This document shows, in pieces, positions 1 through 7,469 of a DNA stretch of 24,000 nt (position 1 is the first letter of the stretch; each line of letters starts with the position of its first letter). Made by a program: the position numbers and the translations under genes. Under the pieces are notes generated by a model, which was given only the letters and a program-made list of their open reading frames with translations, was not told the origin of the DNA and ran no database searches. This stretch comes from Solimonas sp. SE-A11. Lineage in GTDB: Bacteria; Pseudomonadota; Gammaproteobacteria; Nevskiales; Nevskiaceae. The DNA is taken from contig NZ_JAUASX010000003.1 in the NCBI RefSeq assembly GCF_030345715.1, forward strand, positions 129,276 to 153,275, in the 5' to 3' direction.

Positions 1-258
1 GGACGGTGGCGATGCCCGTCTGGCGCTGTATTTGCCGTTGCTGTCCGATCCAGAACATCGATGGATCGAGTTGCCGTGATCTGTCGCGATCTGCGCTGAT
101 CTTCGCGTCGCTGTGTTACAGCGGCATGTCATTATCGCTTTCCATGGTGCTGCGGCATGGAGCGACGAGAGGGTGGCGACACATTTGCGCCGCGAGCGCA
201 ATCTTGTTCGTGGCGCATCAAGCTGTTTAATCTGCAAACTCCTACAGAGCCTGACCTG

Positions 259-1125
259 ATGACCTACACGCTCTCGCCCCGCTGGATTCGTGCCAACGGC
301 CTGGAATTCGCCTATCTCGAAGCCGGCGAAGGCCCGCTTGTGCTGTGCCTCCATGGGTTCCCCGATACCGCCTGGAGTTTCGAGCCGGTGGTGAAGTCGC
401 TGGCTGCTGCCGGTTTCCGTGCCGTGGCCGTGTTCATGCGCGGCTATGCCCCCACCGCACTGCCGGCGGATGGCGACTACCGCATCACCACGCTGGGACG
501 CGACGTCATCGCGCTGATCGATCACTTCGGCGTCGACAAGGCGCACGTCGTGGGCCATGACTGGGGCGCGGCTGCGGCCTATACCGCCGCCGCGCTGCGG
601 CCCGACCGCATCCACCGCATCGCCACCGCCGCGGTGCCGCACCTGCGCCGTTTCCTGCTGCGTCCGGCCCTGCGCCAGCTCAAGCGTTCGCGCTACATGG
701 GCTTCTTCCAGCTGCCGCTGATTCCGGAACGCCGCATTCGCGCGCAGGACTTCGCCTGGCTGCGAGCCCTGATCCACGAATGGTCGCCTGACTGGAATTT
801 CACCGACGCCGAGTTCGAGCCGCTGCGCGCGTTGTTCAGCGAGCCGGAGCGCCTGCGTGCCGCCCTGGGCTACTACCGTGCGATGCCGCGCGGCCTGCTG
901 ATGGGCGAGAGCTGGCAGACGCTGATGAAGCCGATCGCCGTGCCCACGCGCGTGATCGTCGGCGAGAACGACGGCTGCATCGGCCGCGAGATGTTCCTGG
1001 GCCAGGATCACCTGTTCTCGGCGGGTTACGAGCGCATCGAAATGGCCGGCTGTGGCCACTTCATGCACTGCGAGCAGCCCCAGGCCTTTGCCGACCTGCT
1101 GATCGAGTTCTTCAAGCGCGGCTGA
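259..1125 (+). CDS. alpha/beta-fold hydrolase, epoxide-hydrolase/haloalkane-dehalogenase-like
   Basis: Track ORF 157..1125. The preferred start is the in-frame ATG at 259 (MTYTLSP). Motifs seen: HGFPD (oxyanion region), GHDWG (Asp nucleophile elbow) and a C-terminal GCGHFMH catalytic His region. Confidence 0.85.
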   Translation: MTYTLSPRWIRANGLEFAYLEAGEGPLVLCLHGFPDTAWSFEPVVKSLAAAGFRAVAVFMRGYAPTALPADGDYRITTLGRDVIALIDHFGVDKAHVVGHDWGAAAAYTAAALRPDRIHRIATAAVPHLRRFLLRPALRQLKRSRYMGFFQLPLIPERRIRAQDFAWLRALIHEWSPDWNFTDAEFEPLRALFSEPERLRAALGYYRAMPRGLLMGESWQTLMKPIAVPTRVIVGENDGCIGREMFLGQDHLFSAGYERIEMAGCGHFMHCEQPQAFADLLIEFFKRG

Positions 1126-1153
1126 TCCGGGCAACGGGGAGGAGAGGGCGGGC

Positions 1154-1918
1154 GTGAAACTGCACATCCTCTCTGACCTGCACCTGAGCGTCTGCCCGAT
1201 GGAGCGGCCGCAGGCCGAGGCCGACGTGGTGATCCTGGCGGGCGACATCTCGCGCCCGGCGGAGGCCGTGGAGTGGGCCGCTGGCTTCGGCAAGCCGGTG
1301 CTCTACGTGCCGGGCAACCACGAGTTCTACGGCGGCAGCATCGACGGCACGCTGGCGCAGTTGCGCGAGGCCTGCGGGCGCAGCGGCGTGAGGCTGCTGG
1401 ATCGCGAGGCCTGCATGATCGACGGCGTGCGCTTCCTCGGTGCCACGCTGTGGACCGACTTTCGCCTGTTTCCCAACGCCGCGCAGCAAGAACTGGCGCT
1501 GCAGGGGGCGATGCGCTTCATGCGCGACTTCGCTCGCATCCGCCTGCACGAAGATGCAGAGGAGTTGCTGAGCCCGGAGTCTTCCGCCGAACTGCATGCC
1601 GGCTACCGCGACTGGCTGAGCGCGCGCCTGGACGAGCCGCACGACGGTCCCACGGTGGTGATCACCCATCACGCGCCTTCCACGCGCAGCATTTCAGCGC
1701 GCTTCGCCGGCTCACCGATCAATGCCGGATTCGTCACCGACCTGGAGTCGCTGATGGGCCGCGAGCGCGTGTCGCTGTGGATCCATGGCCATACGCACGA
1801 CAGCTTCGACTACGAGATCAACGGCACGCGCGTGGTCTGCAACCCGCGCGGCTATGCCAAGGGCGAGGTCAACGAGAACCGCCGCTTCGATCCGCAGAAG
1901 GTCGTGGAGATTCATTGA
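1154..1918 (+). CDS. calcineurin-like metallophosphoesterase
   Basis: GTG start 28 nt after the hydrolase stop. The full motif set is present: LSDLHL (DxH), AGDIS (GD), PGNHEF (GNHE), ITHHAP (HH) and IHGHTHD (GHxH). Confidence 0.85.
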   Translation: MKLHILSDLHLSVCPMERPQAEADVVILAGDISRPAEAVEWAAGFGKPVLYVPGNHEFYGGSIDGTLAQLREACGRSGVRLLDREACMIDGVRFLGATLWTDFRLFPNAAQQELALQGAMRFMRDFARIRLHEDAEELLSPESSAELHAGYRDWLSARLDEPHDGPTVVITHHAPSTRSISARFAGSPINAGFVTDLESLMGRERVSLWIHGHTHDSFDYEINGTRVVCNPRGYAKGEVNENRRFDPQKVVEIH

Positions 1919-1920
1919 CG

Positions 1921-2595
1921 ATGAATACAGCCGCCTGGAGTCGCATCGCCCGCCGTCACCCCTCAGCCTTCCTGCTGGCAGTGCAATTGCTGAGCCTGGT
2001 TGTCTATCCGCTGTTCGACGGCTTGCCCAGCGGACGGCTGGTGTTCGGCGCTTTCGGCGCGACGGCGCTGGTGCTGGCGGTCTGGGTGGTCAACCGCAGC
2101 CCGGCGGTGAACTGGGTGGCCTGGTCGCTGGCGGTGCCGGCCCTGGTCAGCGCGGTGCTGGCGGCCATCCTCAAGAGCCAGGCCCTGCTGGTGACGGCCT
2201 CGCTGCTGGAGGCGCTGCTGTACTTCTATGCTGCCGGTGCCCTGATCCTGTACATGATGAACGACAACCGCGTCACTGCCGATGAGCTCTATGCGGCAGG
2301 CGCCACGTTCACCTTGCTGGCCTGGGGTTTCGCCTATCTCTTCGTGGTCTGCCAGGCCTGGTACCCCGGCAGCTTCACCGGCGCGGTGGAACCGGAGCGT
2401 GCACGGACCTGGCTGGAGCTGCTGTTCCTCAGTTTCACCAACCTGGCGGCCGTGGGCCTGGGTGACGTGCTGCCGCTGCGCTCCGAGGCACGCGTGCTGG
2501 TGATGCTGGAGCAGTTCGTGGGCGTGGGCTACATCGCCGTGGTGGTGTCGCGGCTGATCGGCTTGACCATCCTGCGGCAGGGAAGGGAGCCGTGA
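1921..2595 (+). CDS. pore-loop ion channel family membrane protein (K+ channel-like, GLG filter)
   Basis: In-frame ATG at 1921 inside track ORF 1273..2595. The upstream 216 codons are an Arg-rich out-of-frame overlap of the phosphoesterase gene. GGAGA lies 10 nt upstream. 224 aa with about 5-6 hydrophobic helices. C-terminal pore signature LSFTNLAAVGLGDVLP is followed by a final TM helix (VGVGYIAVVVSRLIGL). Confidence 0.7.
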   Translation: MNTAAWSRIARRHPSAFLLAVQLLSLVVYPLFDGLPSGRLVFGAFGATALVLAVWVVNRSPAVNWVAWSLAVPALVSAVLAAILKSQALLVTASLLEALLYFYAAGALILYMMNDNRVTADELYAAGATFTLLAWGFAYLFVVCQAWYPGSFTGAVEPERARTWLELLFLSFTNLAAVGLGDVLPLRSEARVLVMLEQFVGVGYIAVVVSRLIGLTILRQGREP

Positions 2596-3086
2596 GCACG
2601 ACCGCTCCCAGCAAGGTCGCGATCTTCGCGGACGTCCAGAACGTCTACTATACGACCAGGCAGGCCCATGGCCGGCACTTCGACTACAACGCCTTCTGGG
2701 CGGCAGCAACCCAGGGGCGGCAGGTGTTCAAGGCGCTGGCCTATGCCATTGACCGGGGTGATGCCAAGCAGCGGCAGTTCCAGAACATCCTGCGCGGGAT
2801 CGGCTTCGACGTTCAGCTGAAACCCTACATCCAGCGGGCCGACGGCTCCTCCAAGGGAGACTGGGACGTGGGCATCGCCATCGACGTCATGGACCATGCG
2901 GCAAGCGTGGACGTGGTGGTCCTGGTTTCGGGTGACGGCGATTTCTCCCTGCTGGTGGATCGCGTCCGGCAGAAGTACGGCGTGACCGTGGAAGTCTACG
3001 GCGTCGAGGCGCTTACGGCGCAGGCGCTGGTGCGGTCCGCGTCGTCGTTCGTTCCGATCGGGAACACGTTGCTGCTACGGGGTTGA
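2592..3086 (+). CDS. NYN domain (LabA-like) predicted ribonuclease
   Basis: GTG start in a GTGA overlap with the channel gene stop. Motifs seen: N-terminal KVAIFADVQN acidic motif, KGDWDVGIAIDV and VLVSGDGDFSLLV, the classic NYN/LabA signature. Confidence 0.8.
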   Translation: MSTTAPSKVAIFADVQNVYYTTRQAHGRHFDYNAFWAAATQGRQVFKALAYAIDRGDAKQRQFQNILRGIGFDVQLKPYIQRADGSSKGDWDVGIAIDVMDHAASVDVVVLVSGDGDFSLLVDRVRQKYGVTVEVYGVEALTAQALVRSASSFVPIGNTLLLRG

Positions 3087-3163
3087 GCCGATGCAGCGGC
3101 GGGTGTCCGCTCCATCTCCATGCCGTTGACCCTGGAGCCAGGTCCTGGCCTATGCTTGGGGGC

Positions 3164-3511
3164 ATGATCCGTCCGCTGCGCTCTGCCCTGCTGATCCTGG
3201 TCCTGCTGCTGCAGGGCCTGACCCAGGCTTGGGCGCTGCCGCCGGGTTTGGCGCCTTTCACGGCGGAGGCGCAATCCGTGACGCCCTGTCATGACGATGC
3301 CGACATGGCCGACCGCATGCCCTGCTGTGACGACCAGCAGGATTGCCGCTGCAGCGCCGCCTGCTTCGGTGCGACCGGGGCCCTGGCGCCGGGCTTCTCG
3401 GTCTTCGGCGAGCTTCCCGGGCCGGTCCCACATCTGGCCGCCGCGTTTCCCGGGCCCTTGCCGGCGCATCCCGTGCCATTGCTGAGGCCACCTGCCGACT
3501 CCGGAAGCTGA
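3164..3511 (+). CDS. secreted Cys/His-rich metal-binding protein, CopL-family-like
   Basis: In-frame ATG at 3164 preceded by GGGGG. Signal peptide MIRPLRSALLILVLLLQGLTQAWA. PCHDD...MPCCDDQQDCRCSAAC cysteine cluster and a Pro-rich C-terminus ending LLRPP, as I recall for CopL-type proteins. The family call is by memory only. Confidence 0.5.
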   Translation: MIRPLRSALLILVLLLQGLTQAWALPPGLAPFTAEAQSVTPCHDDADMADRMPCCDDQQDCRCSAACFGATGALAPGFSVFGELPGPVPHLAAAFPGPLPAHPVPLLRPPADSGS

Positions 3512-3518
3512 CGCCTTC

Positions 3519-3556
3519 CGCGCGCCGCTTGGGCGCGCGTTTCCGTTCGTTTTTTC
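3519..3556 (+). terminator. rho-independent terminator/attenuator-like hairpin
   Basis: 8-bp GC stem CGCGCGCC (3519-3526) / GGCGCGCG (3532-3539) with loop GCTTG. It is followed by the T-rich tract TTTCCGTTCGTTTTTT. Confidence 0.55.
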
Positions 3557-3567
3557 CGGAGGAAGAC

Positions 3568-4230
3568 ATGTCCCTGATCCGCTGTTGCGGCGTACTGGCC
3601 TGCCTGCTGCCGGCCGCCGCTTTCGCCAAGCCCATCGCCTACCAGGGTGGCACCGCCGTCATGGGCGAGTACGGCGCCGGCACCATGCAGGAATTCCAGG
3701 TCTTCTACGCGCCCAGCTATCGCTGGTCGGCAGGCGCCGGTCATCTGCGACTGGACGACGAGGACCAGAGCTTTTCGCGCGACATCAGCTATGTCCGCGG
3801 CAACCTGTTGCTGAAGCGCTGGAACCTGCCACGGGCGCAGGCCAATGTCTTCACATGGGGCGGTGTCGGCCGTGCCGTGGGCGACGGCTTTGCAGACCCG
3901 CAGACCGCCTGGAACGCCGGCGGGCAGGCCGACTACGAGACGCTGCGGGTTTACAGCTCGCTGCGTACCGACTGGCAGTACGCCCGCGAGGCCTTCTCGC
4001 ATCGCATCGACACCGTGCAACTCGGCTGGGCTCCCTACGCACACGACTGGGATCGCCTGGCGACCTGGTTCGTACTACAGGGGCGCCACTACACCGGCGG
4101 GCTTTACCAGGGCGGCGAGGCCGCGGCGCTGCTGCGTTTGTTCCGCAACGGCCGCTGGGGTGCGGCCTGGGCCGAGGCCGGCGTTACCCAGGACGGCGCC
4201 CTGCAGACCATGTTCATGTTCAATTTCTAG
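3568..4230 (+). CDS. putative small outer-membrane beta-barrel protein (function unknown)
   Basis: In-frame ATG at 3568 with GGAGGAAG upstream. Signal peptide MSLIRCCGVLACLLPAAAFA. Alternating amphipathic strand-like segments and a C-terminal MFMFNF with terminal Phe, typical of OM barrels. No family recognised. Confidence 0.55.
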   Translation: MSLIRCCGVLACLLPAAAFAKPIAYQGGTAVMGEYGAGTMQEFQVFYAPSYRWSAGAGHLRLDDEDQSFSRDISYVRGNLLLKRWNLPRAQANVFTWGGVGRAVGDGFADPQTAWNAGGQADYETLRVYSSLRTDWQYAREAFSHRIDTVQLGWAPYAHDWDRLATWFVLQGRHYTGGLYQGGEAAALLRLFRNGRWGAAWAEAGVTQDGALQTMFMFNF

Positions 4231-4239
4231 GAGCTTCCC

Positions 4240-4590
4240 ATGATCCATCATGTGATCCGCTGTATCGCCGCCGCGTCGCTCGCCGCGTCGCTGGGCTTCA
4301 CCGCCGTCGCGCAGGACGCACCGCGCACCGTCCAGATGAAGGTGGATGGCCTGGTCTGCGCCTTCTGTGCGCAGGGCATCTCCAAGAAGCTCGGCAAGAT
4401 GCAGGCGACGCAGGAGGTGCTGGTAAACCTCGAGCTGGGCGTCGTCGCGGTGGCGCTCAAGCCGGGCCAGGAGTTGTCCGACGAGGCCTTGCGCGCCGTG
4501 CTGACCGAAGCCGGCTACACGGTGCAGGGTATCCATCGTAGCGCCGAACCGCTGGACGCGTTGCGTGCGCGACTCAAGGCCTCGCCATGA
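4240..4590 (+). CDS. periplasmic heavy-metal-associated (HMA) domain protein, MerP/CopZ-like
   Basis: Signal peptide (…SLGFTAVAQDAP), then VQMKVDGLVCAFCAQGISKKL. This is the GxxCxxC metal-binding loop of the HMA ferredoxin-like fold. Confidence 0.8.
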   Translation: MIHHVIRCIAAASLAASLGFTAVAQDAPRTVQMKVDGLVCAFCAQGISKKLGKMQATQEVLVNLELGVVAVALKPGQELSDEALRAVLTEAGYTVQGIHRSAEPLDALRARLKASP

Positions 4591-4976
4591 ACGGCCACAC
4601 GCTGGGGTTGCGCGGCAGTTTCTGGAGCGCGCTGCTGTCGATCTTCACCAGCAGTTCCACCCTGGTCTGCTGCGCGCTCCCAGCCTTGCTGGTGACGCTG
4701 GGCGCCGGCGCCACGCTGGCGGGGCTGGTCAGCAGCTTTCCGCAACTGGTGTGGCTGTCGGCGCACAAGGGACTGGTGTTCGGGCTGGCGGGCGGCATGC
4801 TGGCGGTTGCGGGCCTGCTGCAGTACCGGGCGCGCTTCGCAGCCTGTCCGGCGGACCCGCGCCTGGCGGCGGCCTGCATCCGCATGCGCCGCATCAGCCT
4901 GGGCGTATACCTGCTGTCCCTGGCGATCTACGCGTTGGGGTTGGTGTTCGCTTTCCTGCTTCCGCTCCTGGGTTGA
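4587..4976 (+). CDS. MerT-like inner-membrane thiophilic-metal transporter
   Basis: ATGA overlap with the HMA gene. Three predicted TM helices. Vicinal Cys pair in TM1 (TLVCCALPALL) and a second Cys pair in the TM2-TM3 loop (ACPADPRLAAAC). This is the same cysteine layout and topology as MerT. Confidence 0.6.
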   Translation: MNGHTLGLRGSFWSALLSIFTSSSTLVCCALPALLVTLGAGATLAGLVSSFPQLVWLSAHKGLVFGLAGGMLAVAGLLQYRARFAACPADPRLAAACIRMRRISLGVYLLSLAIYALGLVFAFLLPLLG

Positions 4977-5067
4977 GCCTGCGGGCGGGGCGCGTTTCAT
5001 CCATACAGAGGGGTTCGCGCTCCCGCCAGCATGCTAGCGTCCCGGCATCGCGACAGGAGGAATGCAG

Positions 5068-5760
5068 ATGGGCATGCAGGGCAAGACCGTGATGATCACC
5101 GGGGCCGCGGGTAGCCTCGGCCGTGCCGTGGCCGAGGCCTTCCAAGCCGCGGGCGCGACCCTGGCGCTCGTCGACCTGCAACTGGACGCACTACAGAAGG
5201 CCTATCCGGGCAACGATCCGCGCCGCAAGCTGCTGCCGGCCAACCTCACGGATGCCGATTCCGCCGCCCAGGCCGTGAAGCAGGCCGGCCGCGTGGATGC
5301 GCTGTGCAACATCGCCGGCGGCTTCACCATGGGCACGCCGGTGCATGCCACGCCGGCGGAAGACTGGAAGAAGATGTGGGACATCAACGCCGCCACCCTG
5401 CTCAACATGGTGCAGGCCGTGGTGCCCGGCATGATCGCGCAGGGCCGCGGCAGCATCGTCAACGTCGGGGCCGGGGCAGGGCAGAAGGGTGCCGCCCTGA
5501 TGGGTGCCTACAGCGTTTCCAAGAGCGCTGTCATCCGCATGACGGAGGCCATGTCGGGCGAGTTACGCGAGCAGGGCATCAACGTCAACTGCGTGCTGCC
5601 CAGCATCATCGACACGCCGCCCAACCGTGCCGCGATGCCGGATGTCGATCCGGGGAAATGGGTGGCACCGCGGGACCTGGCCAACGTGATCCTGTTTCTG
5701 TGCTCCGACGACGCGCGTGCGGTGCATGGCGCGGCGCTGCCGGTAGTGGGACTGAGCTGA
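5068..5760 (+). CDS. SDR family oxidoreductase
   Basis: Motifs seen: ITGAAGSLGRAV (TGxxxGxG), NIAGG and YSVSK (YxxxK). AGGAGG at 5055-5060 favours ATG 5068 over the track start 5062. Confidence 0.85.
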   Translation: MGMQGKTVMITGAAGSLGRAVAEAFQAAGATLALVDLQLDALQKAYPGNDPRRKLLPANLTDADSAAQAVKQAGRVDALCNIAGGFTMGTPVHATPAEDWKKMWDINAATLLNMVQAVVPGMIAQGRGSIVNVGAGAGQKGAALMGAYSVSKSAVIRMTEAMSGELREQGINVNCVLPSIIDTPPNRAAMPDVDPGKWVAPRDLANVILFLCSDDARAVHGAALPVVGLS

Positions 5761-6305
5761 TGAACGCGTCCCTGGAAGCACAGCTGCACGAGCTGCTCGA
5801 CAAGCAGGCGATCACGGAGCTGATCCACGCCTATTGCAACGCGGCGGACCGGCACGACCACGCCAAGATGCGCGAGCTGTACCACGAGGACGCGATCGAC
5901 GATCACGGCCATTTCGCGCGCGGACCGGCGATGGAGTTCATCGACAAGCTGCCGGAAATCCAGAAGGCGATGGCGATCCTGCACCACAACGTCACCACGG
6001 TGAACCTGAAGCTGGCGGGCGACCATGCGGAGGGTGAGGTCTACATCCTGGCCTTCCACCAGGTGAAGCACGAGAGTGAGCTGTTCGACGTGCTGATCGG
6101 CGGGCGCTACTTCGACAAGTACGAGAAGCGAGCCGGCGTGTGGAAGTTCAGCCATCGGGCGATCGTGGCGGACTGGTGTTATCCCTCGCACCCCACGAAG
6201 GTGCGGCTGGATCATCCCTTCCTGCATGGCGCCTACATCGGCGAGCCGGGGCCCAGCGATCCTTCGTACAAGTTCTTTTCGCTGTTGAAGCGAGGCGAGC
6301 GATAA
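5760..6305 (+). CDS. NTF2-like / SnoaL-like family protein
   Basis: ATG at 5760 overlaps the SDR stop by 1 nt. LLDKQAITELIHAYCNAADRHD... is typical of SnoaL_4-type NTF2 folds. The rest of track ORF 5304..6305 is an out-of-frame overlap of the SDR. Confidence 0.75.
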   Translation: MNASLEAQLHELLDKQAITELIHAYCNAADRHDHAKMRELYHEDAIDDHGHFARGPAMEFIDKLPEIQKAMAILHHNVTTVNLKLAGDHAEGEVYILAFHQVKHESELFDVLIGGRYFDKYEKRAGVWKFSHRAIVADWCYPSHPTKVRLDHPFLHGAYIGEPGPSDPSYKFFSLLKRGER

Positions 6306-6321
6306 GCAGTTTGGGTGGTGG

Positions 6322-6406
6322 CCGTTTGTGCTGAGCCTGTCGAAGCATGAACGGCTATTGGCCGAGGCTGGGTCCATTCACCCTTCGACAGGCTCAGGGC
6401 GAACGG
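6322..6406. repeat. REP/MITE-like hairpin element, copy A
   Basis: 24-nt arms CCGTTTGTGCTGAGCCTGTCGAAG (6322-6345) and CTTCGACAGGCTCAGGGCGAACGG (6383-6406) are 21/24 complementary, with a 37-nt loop. The same arms recur at 10965-11057. Confidence 0.7.
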
Positions 6407-6581
6407 AGGACAGGCCGGCTCTGGATGTCGGTACGTCGGGCGATGAACAGATTCGCAGCCCGTTTTCGCATCGCGAAGCCGGGTAGGGGGCAGGTTGTTT
6501 CCCGGCAACTGCTCCATGCGTTTCCCTACCTCGGGGAGCCATCCCCTCGCCGGGTTGCCTGCGGCAAACCGGGCTACGGGT

Positions 6582-6980
6582 TCACGCAGGCTTGTTTTCG
6601 GTGCCGGCACCCGGCGTGATGAACAGCATCTTCGTCGGCACGCGTGTCTTCGCCGTATGCCAGGTGTTGCGCGGCACCAGCACATAGCTGCCGGGTTCGG
6701 TGAGCTTGACCGACTGAATGCCGGCAGGCCCTTCCAGCAGCAGTTCCGCCGAGCCCGACAGCAGGATCACCGCTTCCTCGCCGGCCGGGTGGCGCTCCCA
6801 GGTGGACCAGTCCTCGCCAAAGCTGAAGCAGGTCATCAGGCGGCCGCGATCCAACTGCGGCATCTGGCCGGCCATGACTTTCGGCCAGAAATCCCCGGTC
6901 ACCGGCACGACCGTCGCGGTGCTGCCCTCGTCCAGGTGTAGGTATTCGCGCTCGACGTGGAAGGGTTCCGCGCCGCTCAT
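6582..6980 (-). CDS. cupin domain protein
   Basis: The last 132 codons of track ORF 6582..7874, starting at the ATG at 6980 (MSGAEPFHVE). WERHPAGEEAVILLSG...YVLVPRNTWH matches the two cupin motifs. 4-nt overlap with the upstream VOC gene. Confidence 0.75.
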   Translation of the reverse strand: MSGAEPFHVEREYLHLDEGSTATVVPVTGDFWPKVMAGQMPQLDRGRLMTCFSFGEDWSTWERHPAGEEAVILLSGSAELLLEGPAGIQSVKLTEPGSYVLVPRNTWHTAKTRVPTKMLFITPGAGTENKPA

Positions 6981-7450
6981 GGCGTACCCTGGAGCATCTC
7001 GCTCCAGCGCTGCTGCATCTGCTCCGGGTTGATCTCCTCGCGGCGCGAGGCGAGTTGCCAGAGATGGCCGAACGGGTCCCGCAGCATGCCGGCACGGTCG
7101 CCGTAGAACTCGTCCTGCACCGGCCGCAACAGCGTGGCGCCGGCCGCCACCGCGCGGTCCACCATGGCATCCACGTCGGAAACGTAGAGATGCAGCCGGA
7201 CCGGCGTCCCGCCGACCGCGTCGGGGCCCAGGGCTCCGTAGTCCGGGTACTCGTCGGCCAGCATCAGACGACCGCCGCCGAGCCTGAGCTCCGCATGGCC
7301 GACCTTGCCGGAGGGCTCGGTGAGGCGGAATTCCTCTACCGCGCCCAGCACCGACACGTACCAGTCGATGGCGCGCGCGGCGTCCCGCAGGATCAGGTGG
7401 GGTGTCAGTGCGGAGCCGGGCTCCGGGATAGGGTTCACGGTTTTCATCAT
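6977..7450 (-). CDS. VOC (glyoxalase/bleomycin-resistance, PhnB-like) family protein
   Basis: TPHLILRDAARAIDWYVSVLGA...GHAELRLGGGRLMLADE...DEFYGDRAGMLRDPFGHLWQL is a typical PhnB-like VOC pattern. Confidence 0.8.
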   Translation of the reverse strand: MMKTVNPIPEPGSALTPHLILRDAARAIDWYVSVLGAVEEFRLTEPSGKVGHAELRLGGGRLMLADEYPDYGALGPDAVGGTPVRLHLYVSDVDAMVDRAVAAGATLLRPVQDEFYGDRAGMLRDPFGHLWQLASRREEINPEQMQQRWSEMLQGTP

Positions 7451-7469
7451 GCGGCTCCGGTTCTACACT

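Noticed and set aside
1-79. Possible 3' end of an upstream plus-strand gene (frame 2: DGGDARLALYLPLLSDPEHRWIELP, stop at 77-79)
   Set aside because: It is plausible, but with only 25 codons visible the reading frame cannot be distinguished from chance or assigned a product. It is not reported as a feature.
1273-2595. 440-aa ORF as a single gene
   Set aside because: The first 216 codons are an Arg/Ala-rich out-of-frame overlap of the well-supported metallophosphoesterase gene. Only the part from ATG 1921 reads as a membrane protein, and it has its own SD.
3289-4541. Long ORFs 3289..4044 (minus), 3585..4541 (plus) and 4075..4536 (minus) across the metal module
   Set aside because: They have no motifs and an extreme Arg/Gly/Ala bias. 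They conflict with frames that have signal peptides, an HMA motif and good SD sequences.
4981-5031. Imperfect GC-rich inverted repeat after the MerT-like gene as a terminator
   Set aside because: The arms (GGCGGGGCGCG / CGCGCTCCCGCC) need an indel to pair, the loop is over 20 nt and no U-tract follows. The evidence is too weak to call.
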